This document shows, one piece after another, positions 61,129 to 64,000 of a stretch of DNA of 64,000 nucleotides. The stretch is from a virus. A program made the position numbers and the translations under genes. The notes beneath the pieces are model-generated. The model had not been told where the DNA came from and did not search any database. It saw only the letters and a program-made list of their open reading frames with translations. Position 1 is the stretch's first letter; each line of letters opens with the position of its first letter. Location: the IMG/VR virus record IMGVR_UViG_3300010370_002417, positions 1-64,000 of that record. One strand, given 5' to 3'.

Positions 61129-64000
61129 TTAAAAGAAGGTTAGGAATCCTTGCTCTCTTACAAAATTCCATCCGTTCGAAGTTTCAGACCCAAAACCAGC
61201 TAGATCTGTTGCATCATCGTTGTAAAATAGTGCGGTCGCAGGAATAGCTTCTTTAGGAGAATTACGAACATAAACTGAAGACCGCACGCTTCCTGGTGTT
61301 ACAGAAGTATTAGGTGTAGCAACTACATTATAATTGTTTATTTTAATGTGACGTACATTTTGCGGCGTTGTATTAGCAACTACAATCTTAGCGTACCAAC
61401 CACCTTCAATTGGATCTGATACAACGTCAGCTGTGCTATCTACAATAATTGGATTTGCTGTATTCGCTCCAGATATTTCAAATTTATTAGTTAAAATGAA
61501 TGTGCTGTTTCTATTAAAACTAATTGTTGCATTATAGGCCGTATTTTTGATGCTATAGAAAGTAGCAGTTTTTGATCCACCTACAACACTTCTAGAGCGA
61601 ACAGTTAGCGTACCAGCACCGGCCTGATTCAACGTAGAAAAAATGTTTCCATTAGCTGTGAACGTCTTAGCAGAAGCAGAAGTCATATTAATTGTACCAA
61701 GACCAGAATATGTGATGTTGCTGCCATCTGCCAAAAATGCTGAAGCTCCGCTTCCAACAACTGTTATCTGACCGTTGGTGCCATGATTGATTGTTCTCGA
61801 AGCAGTTCCAGAAGCAGTAAACGTTCCTATTGTAAACGTGTATCCATTCAATACAAGATTGCCGGATGTGTATGTTGTTAGGCGTGTTGAACCAACTGTA
61901 ACCGCGCTCCCTAAAGAATAAGATCCTGTACCGCTGAATGTTACAGGTTTATCAATAGTTTCGCCGTTGGTAGTAATTGTTTGCGTTCCAGTACCAGCGA
62001 ATGTTAATGTGCCGCTGCTTCCACCGGTAAATGTAACATTGCTGCTTCCTTCAAAAATAAAATTGCCATATACTGTAAGATTTTCTGTTATTGAACTGAA
62101 TGTATAAGCCTTGTCTTTAAATGTGATATTTTTAACGCCATTCCCCGATGTTATAGTGAAAGTTCCATCCGTTAAATCGATTACAAAACTAGTAGAATTA
62201 GATTGTGTCAATCCAGTCGAACCTGGAGAGATCTGTCTGGTATTTGTTGAACCAGATCCATATAGTTCTACTGTAAGATCAGTGATAGTTAGATTTGTAG
62301 CAACCGCAGTATTCCAAACGTTTGTAGTGCTTGAAATATTGTATGTGTTTTTCCAAACACCGCCAGTTGAAGTTATGCCTCTTACGCCAGTACCGCCTCC
62401 GCTAAATGTTCCAGCAGTTTGAACAATATTGTAATTGCCCATAACAATAGTTCCGGTTGTTAATGTAATAGAACAACCGTTTCCAGATGTGCCACAAGTA
62501 AATTGATCTTGCAAAGTATATTGTGCAGTACCGCTAAAAGTTATGTTACTCCAGTTAACATTTTTACCATTGGTTGTGATATACTGATACGTTTGCCCAT
62601 TTGCTACAGTCCCTGCAAATGTTAATGTTGTGCCAGTAGAATGATTTATACTCATTCCGCTTGATATTATTAGATTACCATATATCGTAAGGGTGTCTGT
62701 ACTCCATGTAGTAGTACTTCCAGTGAAATCAAGAGTTCGAACGTAACCTTGAATATTATGTACGCCTGTTGTTGAAGAAGTGATATACAAATCAACAGAA
62801 TTTGTTTCAGTAGCACCTGAAGTATCACCATGGAAAAATATTATTCCAGGAGTATCTGTATATTCTACTCTTCTGTTACCAGATACAGTAAAGTTGGTTA
62901 ATGTAGATCCGTCCCATTCTCTATTTGATGGTTGTCCCACACTTCCAGTAAGAACAATTTTTCCACTAGTACCAAAAGCAATACTTCTAGCCGTTGAGCC
63001 AGTAAATGTAAACGACGGTGTTGTTAATGTTTTATCGTTAAGAGTAATAGTTCCTGCTGTTAAAATAGTATATAATGTAGCAGTATAATTATCTTGCAAC
63101 GTCCATCCACCACCAACACCGTTAAATTCAACTTCTAATAACGAAGTGCCATTTGTAGTGATTGTTTTTCCAGTAGATGTACTTGCAAATACTAATTTTC
63201 CAGATATAGTTTCTATGCCAGTAAACGAAAAATTAGTAGAAGGAATATAAAAATCGCCATAGACATTAATTATAGCACCTGAGCCATATATTGTTAATGT
63301 CATTGCGCGATCTAAACCGGAAGCTGTAAAATTTCTACAATTTACAGTAACACCTGTTCCAGTTAAAATATCAAATGCAGATCCGCTATCTGATCCTGCG
63401 TCAAAATATACATCAGTGTATTGATCTGGATAATATCCTGCGCTGCTTCCTCCAGAGAAATAAGACCAATTGGTAGTGCTTGAGTTGTTCCATGTTCCAC
63501 TACCACCAATCCAATACAATGGTGGATTGTAGAAATATAGATTTGTGTTGTTGCTGGTGTTAGTTGAGTTTGGTCCCATGTACCAAGTATCAACTGGGCT
63601 GCCTGTGATATCTCTTACAGTCACATAGTTTGTGCGAACTTTAGATGATCCAGCATAAACTAACGTGGCTGCAACACCAGCAGTTGTAGTATCTAGCGTA
63701 GAAACATCGCCTGAGTTATTTGCAAAAGAAAATGTGCTGAATGTATTTGTTGTTCCAGCTTCAAATCTTAGATTACCACCAGAAGTAATAGTTAACGTGT
63801 TAAATGTGTTACTTCCATATATGTCAAATCTATTTGAAGATGATGAAGTTGTAAGATTATTATATGTTAATCCACCACCTCTAAACTCAACCGTAGTAGT
63901 TGAAGCATGAGTTGAAGAAATATTGGCTGTACCTTTTATAAAAGTAAGATTTGTCGTAGTTGTAGTATTCCAAATGGCACCAGTACCATTTAAAGTCCAT
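61129..64000 (-). CDS. large Thr/Gly/Ser/Asn-rich beta-solenoid (fibre/adhesin-like) protein, 5' truncated
   Basis: Frame stays open from 63624 to the window end (checked by hand); repeats ITTNG, GTLTF, YWIGGSGTW; AT-rich. Confidence 0.75.
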   Translation of the reverse strand, partial: WTLNGTGAIWNTTTTTNLTFIKGTANISSTHASTTTVEFRGGGLTYNNLTTSSSSNRFDIYGSNTFNTLTITSGGNLRFEAGTTNTFSTFSFANNSGDVSTLDTTTAGVAATLVYAGSSKVRTNYVTVRDITGSPVDTWYMGPNSTNTSNNTNLYFYNPPLYWIGGSGTWNNSSTTNWSYFSGGSSAGYYPDQYTDVYFDAGSDSGSAFDILTGTGVTVNCRNFTASGLDRAMTLTIYGSGAIINVYGDFYIPSTNFSFTGIETISGKLVFASTSTGKTITTNGTSLLEVEFNGVGGGWTLQDNYTATLYTILTAGTITLNDKTLTTPSFTFTGSTARSIAFGTSGKIVLTGSVGQPSNREWDGSTLTNFTVSGNRRVEYTDTPGIIFFHGDTSGATETNSVDLYITSSTTGVHNIQGYVRTLDFTGSTTTWSTDTLTIYGNLIISSGMSINHSTGTTLTFAGTVANGQTYQYITTNGKNVNWSNITFSGTAQYTLQDQFTCGTSGNGCSITLTTGTIVMGNYNIVQTAGTFSGGGTGVRGITSTGGVWKNTYNISSTTNVWNTAVATNLTITDLTVELYGSGSTNTRQISPGSTGLTQSNSTSFVIDLTDGTFTITSGNGVKNITFKDKAYTFSSITENLTVYGNFIFEGSSNVTFTGGSSGTLTFAGTGTQTITTNGETIDKPVTFSGTGSYSLGSAVTVGSTRLTTYTSGNLVLNGYTFTIGTFTASGTASRTINHGTNGQITVVGSGASAFLADGSNITYSGLGTINMTSASAKTFTANGNIFSTLNQAGAGTLTVRSRSVVGGSKTATFYSIKNTAYNATISFNRNSTFILTNKFEISGANTANPIIVDSTADVVSDPIEGGWYAKIVVANTTPQNVRHIKINNYNVVATPNTSVTPGSVRSSVYVRNSPKEAIPATALFYNDDATDLAGFGSETSNGWNFVREQGFLTFF

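Noticed and set aside
101-63910. Numerous plus-strand ORFs in the six-frame track (for example 1003..1818 and 28046..28774)
   Set aside because: Antisense shadows of well-supported minus-strand genes, without recognisable motifs or RBS.
1-64000. Alternative genetic code or stop-codon recoding
   Set aside because: Core genes are full length under the standard code, and neither tRNA is a suppressor.

Overview
About 64 kb of a large T4-like myovirus genome (Tevenvirinae/Kyanoviridae-type core). Essentially every gene is on the minus strand. Read in transcription direction (right to left), the order is: a partial Thr/Gly-rich fibre-like gene; head genes gp67/68-like, gp21, gp22, gp23; gp3; uvsY, uvsW, gp55, gp47, gp46; peptide deformylase; a C5-DNA methyltransferase plus CmoA-like pair; an early cassette with vWA and MoxR/CobS genes; bS21; gp45, gp44, a 3-gene insert, gp62, regA; hsp20; GH19 endolysin and holin; gp43, uvsX, gp41; late genes for putative head-internal proteins, including a 1463-aa nucleotidyltransferase polyprotein; Dps; spanins; primase; class II RNR; PstS; a glycosyltransferase cluster; SpeD, a VOC enzyme, peroxiredoxin and an Omp25-type porin; two tRNAs; and a second early cassette. 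The Omp25 AADLP N-terminus, YccA, DUF1127 and a ROSE-like hsp20 leader suggest an alphaproteobacterial (Hyphomicrobiales-like) host (inference). Four observations stand out. (1) A candidate DNA cytosine carboxymethylation system: a CmoA-like gene beside a Dcm carrying Asn-to-Arg in motif X. (2) An ArfA-like ORF whose stop codon lies inside tRNA-Arg, so RNase P processing would leave an in-frame non-stop mRNA. (3) Systematic leaderless geometry: the start codon lies exactly 6 nt after the -10 box for gp43, gp61, gp47, uvsY and four early genes, and the early genes also have a second in-frame SD-led start; the phage encodes its own bS21. (4) Putative virion-packaged ligase-like and nucleotidyltransferase proteins, with a perfect antisense sigma70 promoter between their genes. 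All family calls are from motif recognition by eye; no searches were run.
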